From: Intoshia linei | Lineage: Eukaryota; Animalia; Orthonectida | DNA length: 56,296 bases | Assembly: GCA_001642005.1 (NCBI GenBank) | Contig: LWCA01000088.1 | Location: forward strand, 1-56,296 | Direction of reading: 5' to 3' | Shown here: one piece after another, positions 23,447 through 36,800 of the stretch | Layout: each line of letters opens with the position of its first letter | How positions within the stretch are numbered: position 1 is the first letter of the stretch | Translations under genes and position numbers: made by a program | Notes under the pieces: generated by a model | The model's database searches: none | The model's input: the letters and a program-made list of their open reading frames with translations, nothing else | Told to the model about the DNA's origin: nothing

Positions 23447-26400
23447 ATGATGAATGCACGTATGATTATTAAAGGATACATTGATCAAATGTCATTGGCA
23501 TATAAAGGAATTAAAGTTTTACTAATGGACTCTTTTACGGTTTATTTTTATTTATTTTTTGCCATTGAATTAATCATTATTTGTAATTTTAGATTTCTGT
23601 CACAAGTGTTGTATTACCTCATTCAGAATTGATATCGAGATCATTTTATTTATTTGAAAATATAAAAAATATTAATGTTGGTTCACAAAAAACTACAATG
23701 GAAGGAATTGCGTGTGTTTGTTTTCTTCGGCCAACCCTAGATAATATTGATTTGTTATGTACAGAATTAAAAAAACCAACTTATGGATCGTATTATTTAT
23801 GTACTTTATTTTATTATTTTTAAAGCGTCCTGTCGCATATTATCAGGGGAAGGTGCAGTTGCAAAATTTATAATGATTACCATCATGTTTAAAAAATTTT
23901 CAAATTTTTGAAAAAAAAAGAAAGAAAAAAAGTTAATTTATCTATTTTTCGTCAAAACTGTGGCTGGCCAAGTTTAAAAACTCATTATGATTAATAATAT
24001 AAGCATTTATATCTTAAACCATTTGCATCCGGTTTGTTGACTTACATGCACCCTGATTATTTGATAGTACCAAATTAATGTTAATATTTTTAAAAATTTT
24101 TAAATTTTTATTTGTATATCTAGATTTTGTTAATAAAGTAAAACCACATTTTCTTAGAACATTAGCTAATGCTGATCGATATGAATTGGTCAAAAAAATT
24201 TCAGTAAGATTTTTTTTTTTAAAATTTTCTTTTAGACTGTATTTGCCGATTTCGTGCCATTGGAACCACATCTATTTACGTTAAATATGAATGTTTGTTT
24301 TTTTATTACTGTAATAATTTTTATTTTTAGAATATATACAAAGTATATGAATTAATTATCATTATTTTATTTATTATCATTTCAGCAAGGCCACTGGGAT
24401 CCTGATTCACTTTCTCATTGCAAAAATGCTCTTTTATCCTGTTCATGCGCCTTGAAATTGAATCCACTTGTCAGATATCAATTTAATTCACAAATGTCTT
24501 TGCAATTGGCGTCTGAACTACAGGTAATATTACTTTATTTAAGTTTAAAATGAGTTACAATAAAATTTTTCATGGGGCTCATGGTGCATATTAGGGTTGA
24601 CAATCGATAAAAATTTATAACGGTAATTACTTACTTATATAAAGTAATTTAGTTTAAAATGTATGTCTGTTTATTTATTACTTGATTTTGTTTTATTTAA
24701 GTAAGAGCCGTAGTGTTTGAAGAATATCCATTTCTAGTATAATTTTTCGATGGTGGTGTTTTATCGCAAATTTCATTTTTAGAGTCCGTCAAGCTCAAAA
24801 CCACAATTATCGTTTTTTTTAAAATTAATAGATATTGAAATACATGAAATTTATACTTGTTAATATTTTAATTACATTTGTATTAATAAAAAATTTTGCT
24901 TCAAATGTTTATGGTAAAACTGTTTTAGATTGCAATTTTACATTCTGAAGAAATTAATACCACCGAAACTTATCACCATAATGCAACAATTATTATTTTA
25001 GACAGAAATATTGATTTAATTTCTCCTATTCTTACACAGGTAAAATTAGTACTCAAAAAATGATTAGGGTATGAAACTAATTTAAAATGTTATTAATTTT
25101 TTTATTCCACATTTCTAAATTATCATTTTAATGTTATTTACATGTCTTAATTGAATTTATGAACAATTTTTAAAAGGGTACATGATAATTCTTAATATTT
25201 TATATTAAAAATTTATTTTTATAAATCTAATATTAGTGGACATATCAAGCAGTAATACATGAAATTTTTGGAATTGACAATAATAAAATTTCTTCGAAAA
25301 ATGTTGCTCAAGGTTATACTTCCAATGCCAAAGAATCATTTGAATTTATTGTCAACCATGATGTGGATGAATTTTATATGATGGTATATCTATTCTTTAA
25401 AAATTAAATCAGGGCTTTCATGACTTTGTTTAAAATACCAAGTTTTGCACTTGAATATAGAGTGTTTCTTAAATTTTATATGATAATTTAAAGTTTTAGT
25501 TTCAAATTGTTTGGAAATTGTGTTATATGGTTAGCATTATGCAGAGAAATAAAGTATAAATGTTGTCTTTCTTAAATCACATGTAATATAAACTATATGT
25601 GAATAAGTTAAACGCTTTTCCGAATAGTTAACAGAATAATCTATTTTAACCAAATTCTAAGGATGAAATTTACTTTTATCTCTGTCTAGCGATAATAATT
25701 AATTTCAACATTTAGAATCGATATAAAAATATCGGAGATGTTTCTATTATCATAACCAAATCTATACAATCTTTAAAAAATAAAGAACCAGAAATTGTAA
25801 AAGATGCCAGTATAAATGATATGAAGGTTTCGTATGTGTTTTATATGTAGTCATTATATATAGAATCATATAAAACGTCACCAAATTTTCCAAAATAATA
25901 TAAACATTTGCACAAATCATATGAAACTTATAAATGAAGTGACCAACATAACAAAATACTTGGTTGATATTGCTAAAATTGAACAATCTATAATTTTTAA
26001 ACTTGAAAGTCAAGATAAAAATTATCAGGTAATGTCTTTTTAAAGCTAATGAGGAAAGAAACGTTGGTATTTCTTTGGTTTTTCAATTTATAAATATTTT
26101 TTATCTTAATGGATTCGAGACCCACCTGAAAACACGGCATTCAAAATTAATAAAATATTAAAAATGTAGTAACATGTTACAAAAAATTTCTTTCAAGTGT
26201 ATTATTTCCCATCCGTTCCTATGAAAATCGTTTGACATGCATCATACAATGTTTCGAAATCACTGTCTTTACATTTACTTGTAGTGCAGTGGTTCCCGAT
26301 TAAAATAGTGTACGGACCCCATTTCAAAATATATATTTTTTTGGGCCCTAAAGGAAACATGAAATATAAAATATTTATGAAAAAATTAAAGGTTTTTTCT

Positions 26401-27688
26401 CATACGATATTGTAAAATGGTGTTTTTCAAAATAATAATGGAAAAAGGGGATTTTCCATTAAGGGTATGTAAAATAGTATTTTTATTTTGGGGTTGAAAT
26501 AAGATATTTTTTCTCATAAGATTTGGTAAAATAGTGCTTTTCAAAAAAATATTGGAAAAGGGGAGTTTTATTTTTGGGTTTAATTATGAGGATTTTTCAA
26601 ATATATATCGGTAAAAGTCGATTTTTCCTGAGGGTTTGAAATGATATTTTTTATTAATGGTGAAATAAAAGTGGGATTTTTGAGATAATAATGTAAAAGT
26701 TATCTAGGCTTTTGGGTAAATTTTTAAAAACTGAAAACTCCGTAATAAATATTGAACATTGTCCTATAAAAATAAAAAAATTTTGATCAAATTTTTTTTA
26801 TATTTTATTTCAATTTCACGGACTCAATGGGTCCAGGAACCCCAATTTAAAACCACTGATTTAATGTCTCGAATGTCGTCTACTGTAAGACATTGGATTG
26901 TATTTTTTAATAAATTTTAATAAATTTTTATTTTAATTATAGAATGTAATATCAGTCATTAAAAACAAGAAAATATCCAATTTAAACGCTTTGAGATTGT
27001 GTTTAATATATTTAATAAGTGATTTGTCCAAAACAAAAGAGTTGGCTAAACAGTTTTTGACGAGAAATCAAACCTCTTACCAATACAAACTTGTATCCTT
27101 TTTATGAATTTATTTATTTTTTATTATTTAGTTTATTTCTAAAGTATTAAATACTTCTAAAAATTCTATATTTAAAAATCGTTATTTTAAAGATAAAACC
27201 ATAAAAACAGAAGAGGTATATTTTTTAATTATGTAGTTTGTATGGGTAATTACATGTGTTTAGAATCCAGTAAATATATTTGATCGTAAGCAAAGTGTAT
27301 TGGTAAATATTGTTAAAAAATTACATTACAATTCTCTTGATATTGAAAAATATCCATTTACCACTTGCATTCATGAATCTAACACTGAAAGGTACTTTTA
27401 TTATTTTAATCTATATGTATTTTTTGATTTTAATTTTCTTTTGGATATTTTTAATATTTTAAAGTTGAATATTTTCCATTTATTAAAAATCTTTTTAGTA
27501 TATCAAATATTATTGTTTTTATTGTTGGCGGTGCAACTTATGCCGAATCATTAGAAATACACAACTTAAACTTGGAAAATAAAAAATTTACCACCCTTCT
27601 TGGAAGCACAAATATTCATAATTTCAACAAGTAATTTTTTTTTGTTTTAAAATACTTTTTTAGTCTGATTAATGAAATGAATAATTAA
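23447..27688 (+). CDS. VPS45: Vacuolar protein sorting 45 (Sec1/Munc18 family), multi-exon
   Basis: KGYIDQM..GIKVLLMD; CVCFLRPT.DNIDLLCTELKKPTYGSYYLYF; LANAD..ELVK..FADF; WDPDSL..PLVRYQ; ILDRNIDLISPILTQWTYQAVIHE; IIVFIVGGATYAE..LLGSTNIHN. Confidence 0.92.
26287..26858. mobile_element. hAT/Buster MITE with an internal ~30-bp periodic array, in a VPS45 intron
   Basis: Ends cagtggtt / aaccactg. Flanks ttgtagtg/atttaatg (nnnTAnnn). Repeated gtaaaa..ttttt units. Confidence 0.7.
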
Positions 27689-27988
27689 ATTGTTTTTGTT
27701 TATTAAATTTTTACTTTATAGTTTTCATTATACTTGTATTATACAATGCAATATCAATAATACAAAATTAAAGAGAGAATAAGAGGCATACCTCACTTTA
27801 TAAACGTAACAACAGTTTATTACATTGCGTCTATGTAACTAACACGCACTCGAAACGAATTTGTTCATTAAAATAAGGTTTTCCTGGACTGGACCAAATT
27901 CTGGGTACACTCAGGATTAATTAGAAATTGCTTGAATACTTATCAACACCTTTAAACCCATAATTTATTGAATATTACTGAATCACTA

Positions 27989-28532
27989 TAGAGTTTCTCA
28001 TCAATATAAATTTTTAAGTAAATAAGACTAAGATTTATAGAGTATTTGAGAACAGGCTGATTATTGTAATGGATAATGTTAGGTTTCACCAGTGCAGAAA
28101 TAATTTCTTTATTGAGAAGAGAAAATGTAGAACAAATATTCTTACCACCCTATAGTTCTGACTTGAATCCTATTGAAAACTTATTCAGCGTAATAAAACC
28201 ACGCAACACGCGTCATAGGGCTAACACTCGAATTAGTTTAGTTACAAATATACAATTAGTTTTAGAAGAAATTAAAACAGAGCCTCTATTTTTCTCAATA
28301 CCTATAGATCCATGTGGAACAAAGTCAATATAATATTCAAAAGACAAGAAAACTAATGTGTAATACATACATTTTCATACATGTATTCATTTTAATTAAA
28401 ACTTTTAAATTTAGTCATAGACATTTTAATTCTTGTAAGATTATCATTAATCACTTCTACACTTGTTTGATGCTATATTGACACTTGACACTATATTGAT
28501 GAAAATAAAATTTATATTCATGAGAAACTCTG
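27989..28532 (+). mobile_element. Internally deleted Tc1/IS630-type element between VPS45 and ALG1
   Basis: TA-flanked ~26-bp TIRs (agagtttctcatcaatataaatttt / aaaatttatattcatgagaaactct). Encodes IVMDNVRFH and FLPPYSSDLNPIENLFS with a frameshift. Confidence 0.85.
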
Positions 28533-28619
28533 TAATATTTAATAACTATTAGTGACAAATTTATAATCATAAATGTCAGTACATTACAATAAAATTAAAA
28601 TCTTTGTACAAGTAATTTT

Positions 28620-30873
28620 ATGGAAAAAACTGTAAGTATTTTGGTTCTTGGTGATATTGGACGAAGTCCGCGTATGCAATATCATGCTTATTCTTTTTTA
28701 AAGCGTGATTATAAAGTTCAATTAATTGGATATCTCGGTAATTTTTTAACTTGTGATGTAGTCTGTTAAAATTTGAAACGTGTTAAATTTTCCTACTACA
28801 AGTACTGCATATGAAGTATACTATATCGCGATAGTATTAATTTAAGTTTCTCGAATGTTATTCATTATTCAATTTTAAAGACGTTATGAATAAGTCTGAG
28901 TAAATACGAAATAATTTACAACAATATTGAAATCTTACCTGGCGTTTTCGTAAAATTCAATTTTATTAATCTGATAAACCGTAACCTTCTTAATTTGATC
29001 TTATTATTTAGGTTTCAATTCATTTGATTTTTTTAGAATCACGAATATTTGAAAACTTAATGAACGAAAGACATCTTACCGTATTGCCAGTTAAAACATT
29101 AACTTTTTTAAATTGTAATTTTTGAAACGGAATGGGACCATCATTACCGAAAAGGATTTTATTCTTGTAATTCATCATTTTTTAATGCGGTTAATTTCAG
29201 TGTTTTACATTTAATTCTATTGTATCTAAAAATCTGACAGTAATTCTCAAACTGGCTAGATATTAACATTTTGAAGGTGCATTTGAAATTTGAGCATTTA
29301 ATATAAAATTGTTTTTGTAAAATTACTCCAAAAATATAAAACTGCCCACTAGAAATGAAAAAAATTGGGTATAATTAAATTCATAAAATATTTCAGATTA
29401 AAAAATGATAATTTTGTATTGAATTATACCGTCAGTTAAAATGGCTTCTTATTCCTGTTTTAATATTTAAATGAATATATTTTTATACTCTTTATCATTA
29501 GATTTACCAACCATATTTCGAATTCTTCTTAAATCATTATGGCTTTTTTTCTCTTTAATTTTCACCCTACTAAAATCAAAGCATAGCAATTACTTTCTAG
29601 TGCAAGTATATTTTTAACTAATAGGTTTTGTTCATATTTTTTTAGAATCCACCATGTTTCCCGTCACTTGTCGTTGTTTATCTTTTATGTAAAATCAGAG
29701 GTACAGTATTGATATGTGATTGGCACAATTATACCTGGTCTATCCTTGATCTACAATATATGACGGGTTTCTTCACATCTTATATTAGGAGCTTTGAATT
29801 TTTTCTTGGACGCTTAGCACATAAAAATATATGTGTTAGTAAAGCAATGCGTGAAGATTTGTGGATTCATAATATACAGTAGTTTCAAAATAAACCTTGG
29901 TTTAGTTATATATTCTAGTTCTTCCGTTTTGTATGATCGACCTCATGAAAAATATAAGAAATTGCAAGAGTATGAACGCAAATCATTAAAAAAAACTTTT
30001 CTATCAAAGTAAGACATGTAGTATTTTATCAATCTCTAGAACTCGATTGCAGTTTGAATTTGACTTTGAATTGGCGGCTAAAGAGAATTGTGCTTTTTTA
30101 ATCAGTAGTACAAGTTGGACTAGTATTTTTTTATTTAAATTATTAAAAATTAAATTTCATTACCTTTTTAGTCGATGAAAAGTTTGATACATTATTGGAT
30201 GCCTTGATTGGTTTACTTAGTAAATATCATCAATATTCTTGCTTTTAGAGTATGATGAAATAAAAAACAGAAATGTTTTGAATATACCAACATTATTGGT
30301 AGTAATTACTGGTAAAGGCCATTTAAAAAGTCGCTACGAAAATACTATCAAAAATTTACGTTTAAAAAATATTACATTTATTATGCCTTGGCTGTCTGAA
30401 ATGGATTATATCGATATTTTAGGTTAATTTAAATTTATTTTTTTTACAAATTATTCTAATATACTAAATTAGCGGCTTGTGACTTGGGAGTATGTTTACA
30501 TGCTTCAACTAGCAAATTGGATCTACCTATGAAAGTTTTGGACATGTTTGGGTCTAATTTACCTGTTTTGGCTTTAAATTACGATTGGTTAATTTTTAAT
30601 TTATTTTTGATGCTATTTAAACCTTTTAGTTTGGATGAATTGGTTATCAATGAATATAATGGCTATACTTTTGAAACATCTCATGATCTTTGCATTCACA
30701 TTATGGTATAAATTTATTTTTGACAATTTAAGTATGTTTAGAATATGCTATCAAATTTCCCTAATAATTCGTCTAAGCTAAATCAAATTCGGGATAATAT
30801 AGAAGACTTTTTAAGTACAGAAACTTGGGATAGTAATTGGAATAATGTAATGAAAAACATATTAATTGATTAA
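28620..30873 (+). CDS. ALG1: Chitobiosyldiphosphodolichol beta-mannosyltransferase, multi-exon
   Basis: [19 protein letters not shown]; VQNPP; DWHNY; YDRP; ISSTSWT.DEKF.LL.AL; VITGKG; [19 protein letters not shown]. Confidence 0.95.
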
Positions 30874-30876
30874 CAG

Positions 30877-33800
30877 TTAAATAACGTAATGTTGAATGAT
30901 CTGTTGAATATTCATTGTCTAAAAATAAATAGTTAATTTAAATTATTTTAATAGCAATTTAGTTTTATTTATAGCAAGGCGCCTGATATACCATTCTTTG
31001 AATCTTCTGAATCAGTGGTTCTCAACAGGAGAAACTTCCCTCTAAGGGACAATTTTACTATTTGAAGAAGAAATTGAAAATTCAGAAATTAATTCATAAT
31101 TCGAGTAATCTAGTTTTAGTCGAAAGATGCATATGCTCAAAATTCTCATTAATCATCGTTATAAACACTATTCTAATATATTTCTAATACATAATGGGGT
31201 GCATGAAAAAAATAATGGCTCAATGGGAATAAGAAAAAATTAGTTGAAATCCACTATTCTAAAGTGTAAAATTGAAAATTTAACTTGAAAATCAATTATA
31301 AATTTTGGATGAAATATAATACGGGTTATTATTCACAATTCATTATTTTTAATGGATTTTCATTTATATTCCCAAAATGGAGTCCACAAAGATTGGCCAT
31401 CCGTGTTTGAAAAAAAAATAATAATTTCCGTGATCCCTCAAACATTTTATACACCCAGTCTAAACCGAACATTGCAGTGACAACTGATTTAGGACGGAAT
31501 GTTTTTTTATCCTTTAAAGTTTAAAATAAACATTATTAGTACAAAATGTTACAAAATCGCCGCAAAAAGAATGATTAATAAATCTGGTTTTTTGTATTTT
31601 GAAGGGTAAAATTGTTTTTATTTTAATTAATAGTAAACGTACGTCATATTTAGTATGAGATGATATTTGAATGTTTTGATTGTTTATGGTATTAATGTTT
31701 AGAAGCATCTGCTCTTCGAATGGTGTTTTCATTTTTTTTTCCAACTTTAGAGATTTTATTTCATCAATTTTATACGAATTGACAGATTTCTATGTAAATA
31801 TATTAAAAATTAAAAAAAGTGTTTCTTACATTATTTATTATTACAAAATTTGTATTGTTAATAGCTAATAAATGATCTTCTGGTGAATTCGACATCTAAA
31901 TTTTGATTAAAAATAATAAATGGCAAACAGTGTTTCAGTAATATACTAGACTAGCTTGCCGAGAACACTCTTATTATACCAAAAAAATAAATTCACGTTG
32001 AAAATCTAACTTAAAAATTCTACTATTCACTATTATCCATAAACAAGTGGTTCCCAAACTTGTTTCAGGTGGAACCATCATATGACATTACTATTGAAAA
32101 TCTAACTTAAAAATCCTACTATTCACTATTATCAATTCTTTAAAGGATGTTTCCAAATTTGTTTCAGGTGGAACTGTCATATCACATTACTTTTTACTTT
32201 AAAGTGAATTATTCCATCTTAATTTTTTTAACACATTTGTGTAAAAGAATTTTAAAAACAATTTATTCCCATTTTTAATTTATTAGACAGAATGTGTGTA
32301 TAATATTAAAAATAAAAGAAAAACAGTCCAATCCTAAAAATTGTCATAAATAGCATAAATTCCAGCAAAATAAAATTAAGAAACCTATTTTGTCATTTTC
32401 AATGTGATGACATATATTCAGTATCAATTTAATAAATAAATCCTAAAAATTGTCATAAATAGCATAAATTCCAGAAAAAATAAAATTATAAACTATTTTG
32501 TTATTTTGAGTGTGATGATATATATTCAGAACCCATTTAATAAATACTTAAAAATATCAATTGTGTATTAATAATTTAATTGAATAATTAATTTTACCAT
32601 TATTGCAAATGATTGTAATATGAAAATGATTGATGTTAAAAATCCGTCCATACTTTTGGCCTTTTTTCTTATGAATGTTATTTTTCTTTTTAGCATTTTC
32701 AAATTAAGTTAAATTAAGCTAGTATCAAAACTTTTATAAATTCGTTGCCGTAAATATTGTTCAAAATGTATGGAAAATGAAAATTTGAAATTTTTTATGT
32801 GTGTTAACAGGATACAACTGTACAATCTGTAATTTTTTTTAAATTCTAGGGCTGTTTTCAAAAAAAAAAAGAAGGGAATTTGGAGTTTTGGCCATGAAGG
32901 TATAATTTTTTTAAATTTAAATTTATGATAATGTTTATGATGTTAAAATCCGCATTAGCGTATATATTTTTTAAATTCTCCAATCGTTTAATTTTCAAAA
33001 AGAGGGACAATAGGGGTTTTTGACCCTTAAGATGTGAAATTGGGAGGTTGAAATTTATCTTATTATACGCCCGGAAAAAACTGTAATTGAAATGTGGTCT
33101 TTAAAAAATTCTAAGAGTGCTAGTTATTTTAAAAAAGTAACACACACAGACAGACAAAAATCGCGTCGCATTTTATATAAGTTAGGATAAGTTTGTATAC
33201 GTATTAATAATGTTCCCTTTAAAACAGGGTTTTCCAACAAGCGGGATAGACTTTTGAAAATTGGATTATGCAACCGTTTTCAGTTGACATGCATGACTCA
33301 AATTATATTAAATTAAATTTAAATGGAATGAAAATATAAATAATAATTTTATTTGATAATTCACCTTATAGATTGAAAGTGATGATAATATACCTTAACA
33401 TTTTGAAAAATGAATCCATACAATGGCCATTTAGAAAGAATATTAAGAAATAGTCTTTGTAAATACAAACTATCATGTTCTAAGTGTGTATTAAAATGTT
33501 GATTAGCTTGATAAATCCTAGAAACCCACTCATTGGTGGGTAATTTAGCGACCGTTTCAATATATTTTGGAAGTATTTTTTTAATATATTTTTTAGTGGA
33601 GTTCAAACTTGAAAATTTTTGAACAATAGCAGATAAAATACTAATTTGATTGCAAATACCATTCTTTGATAGATTATTAGGTACATCAGCAATATAATAT
33701 CCTGATAAATAGTAATTCATTACCTATACAGTAGGTATAATTAAGTAAATTATTGAGATAATACCTGATTAAACTGTTCATTTATATGAAAATCGTTTCG

Positions 33801-36800
33801 TAAATTTTTCAAATCAAATTTGTCCAAATTGTGGACTTTTATTATTAGATATATCGGTCTACCCTTTTTGTAGTTTATGTCATGTAAATTTTTAACATCA
33901 TTGATGTAATCATTTAAGAGCAAAGGTATTTTACATTTATTATTTGATTTAGTATCATGAAATATCATGTAAACTTTGTAATTTTCTATTGTATCATCTT
34001 CTTCAAATGGATAACATTTATTATATTTTAGTAATATGTCTCTAGCGGTCTAAATTATCAATTTGAATTTTTTAATTTTTATATTTGAATTTTTTAATTA
34101 ATATACTAGTTTAATATATTACAAAAAAGTGCCCGGTATATATAAAAACATTGTTATACATAGTTATTATATTGTTATAATCTTTTGTTAAATTTTACTT
34201 TGTGAGAAACTTTTCAAAAAAATTAAAAAAACACAGTAAATAGTAAATTCCTGATTACCAAATACAAAATCTTTTGATAAATTTTTTTGCTCATATGTGT
34301 ACTCATATTTTAAGATTAATTCTGCCATACATTTGTAAACCTTAACCGAAATATCGTCTTGATTCATCTTACAATCCTCCCTCTCATCAATGACTAAACA
34401 TGTTTTCAATTGGTCTCATTTAATTTTTAACTTCGGAAAAGTTTAATTACTTTTCTACAAGTACAAGTTGTTATCTAGCGAATAATATTCTACTTTATAT
34501 AATTACCGATAATGATTGAATTTTGCAAGTAAAACACTTTTCACTTATGAGATATATATTTTCTTGATAAATGACTGAATTCTAAAAATGATAATTATAA
34601 CAAAATTAATTGATTCAGTTCAATATCTAAAATGGAGATTCTACATGAGTGGGATCACAATCTTGCGAATTTGATTATTTATGGGGCGATCATAATTTTT
34701 TAAAAAAAATCACCCTACGCAAAGCAGAACCTACCAAACTAGAGGCCCCGAAAATGAGAAATAAGTTCCTATAAAGATTTTTCGCAAATGACCCCCATCC
34801 ATCCTCCAAGACACTTGACTAGAAATTTAATTTAATTTAAAATTTAACATACAAAATAGTTATTATACTCAATAATATACTTTTTTAATGCTTTGTTGGG
34901 GAAAAATTATGATTTAATTTTTTATCAAAATCCAATAAATAATTACATCGTCGATCAAAATAATTAATTCCAATAAAATGAAAAAAAATGGGTTAAATTA
35001 CACTGATCTAGTGATTATCTTGCAAAGAATTTTTTTAAATTAAATGTGTCAATCAATATGAAAAAAATAATTAAAATACATGTTAATATTAAATAATTAT
35101 ACACGTATCAATAAATTAATACAGGGGTTCCCACACTTTCTTCACCGCGAACCGGTAATTTACTAAAAAATTTCTCGCCACCCACTAAAATGAAATTACT
35201 AGTAAAATTTAAAAAAATACTATAATATAAATTTAAAAATTAAAAAACATTATTTACATACATTAAATGTATTTATATTATATTTTAATTTGAAATATTT
35301 TCAAAAAAATTTTCCACGACCGTCAAGATTCAAGATTAAAAAATCAATGAAATTTAGAATATAAAATATCTATTGACATCTAATTTGAATATGTGAGACT
35401 ATAAAAAATAAATTAAAATTACGTAATTACCAATATATTGTTAAATTCCTTTTTTGACAAGTTATTTTGGTACAATTTAGTTTCAGGTACTTGTAAATGG
35501 TATATTATTGACTGTATCAAATCTAAATGTCAATTTTATTTTAAATTGAAAATGTTCTGAAATGAAGGAATGAAAGTCAGACAAAGTGATAAAAATATAA
35601 AAAATAAAATAAGCATTATTTTTAGCACATGTCAATGGAAGTAAACGTGTCATAATTAAATTAAAAGTAAAGTTTTTAAAAAACCTTACAAAGCTGGTAT
35701 GTAAATAATACAATTATTTTATATTACAATTTTTCCTTGTTTATAATTTATAATGAATTTATTAGAAAATTTTAATTATTGGATAAGGTAGATTATAATG
35801 GGTGATTTTTACGGTACCCCTAGATATATTTCAATGAGAGGGCCTTTTTTCCAAAAACTTGAGTAGTAAACATTACACTAAAAATAAATAATTCTCATTG
35901 AAAATGTATTTTATAGATTCAGAGTTGTCGCGAGGTAGGTCTTAATTAAATTTAAATTACCTTTGTATGGTGGATATATAATATTCTTTGCTGTATATAG
36001 AAAATCCTTTACAGCATTTATAAGTCGAATCGATGGTAAGAAATATAAAGTTAATATATATAATTGCACAAAACCCATATGAACACTTTCCCTAAATTAA
36101 TCAAATTACATGAGATCAAAAATGGTTTCTGACATAAATGGTACTATACAAAAATAAATTATTAATACAATAATGTAATAATTATAATGTAGTAATACAG
36201 ATTTTATAAAAACTTAATATTAATGAAAAATTTAAACAGTACGCTTCCAAGCTATAATTATCTATCAATTGTTTGCAAATTTGACAAATTATTTCATCTT
36301 TTAGGTATGAGCACTGCTTAGATTTCTAAAAAATATAATATAAAATTAATTATTGAGTTTTATAGGAGTATTTCGTGATCGTCAAACATTTTATCATTGA
36401 CTATATTTACAATCGCGGTACTATAATGTTTCAAATTGACAAACGGATGAGTTTATAATGCAGTGATTAATAATTAGTGTCTCAGGGTCCCTAGGGTGCG
36501 AAACTGAGGGTTCGTGCGACGAAACTAAAATAATAGTAAATTACTTTTAATGGCCACATGACCAATTCATATTTATTTTTCTTTTGCGAATCTTCCATAA
36601 ATGTGTGAATGTCTAAATTTTGTATTTAATATGGGTAACATTATGTATGGTATAACATAAAATTAATTTAAGTATTTATTTTATACATAATACACGTTCG
36701 ACCATCTTCTTGTTGCAGTTACCGAAAAGTGCATACTACACCAGGGCCGTGGACAGGGGGCTAGGGGCCATATAGCCCGGGCCTACAATGATGAGCGACC

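Noticed and set aside
3873-31256. Introner-type intron-creating elements
   Set aside because: The MITEs lie inside introns or between genes and their ends do not coincide with splice sites. The mini-introns are not similar to one another.
34700-35812. aaaaatcaccc / gggtgattttt as TIRs of one element
   Set aside because: Better explained as ends of two separate mariner-like MITEs. No matching TSD, and host sequence lies between them.
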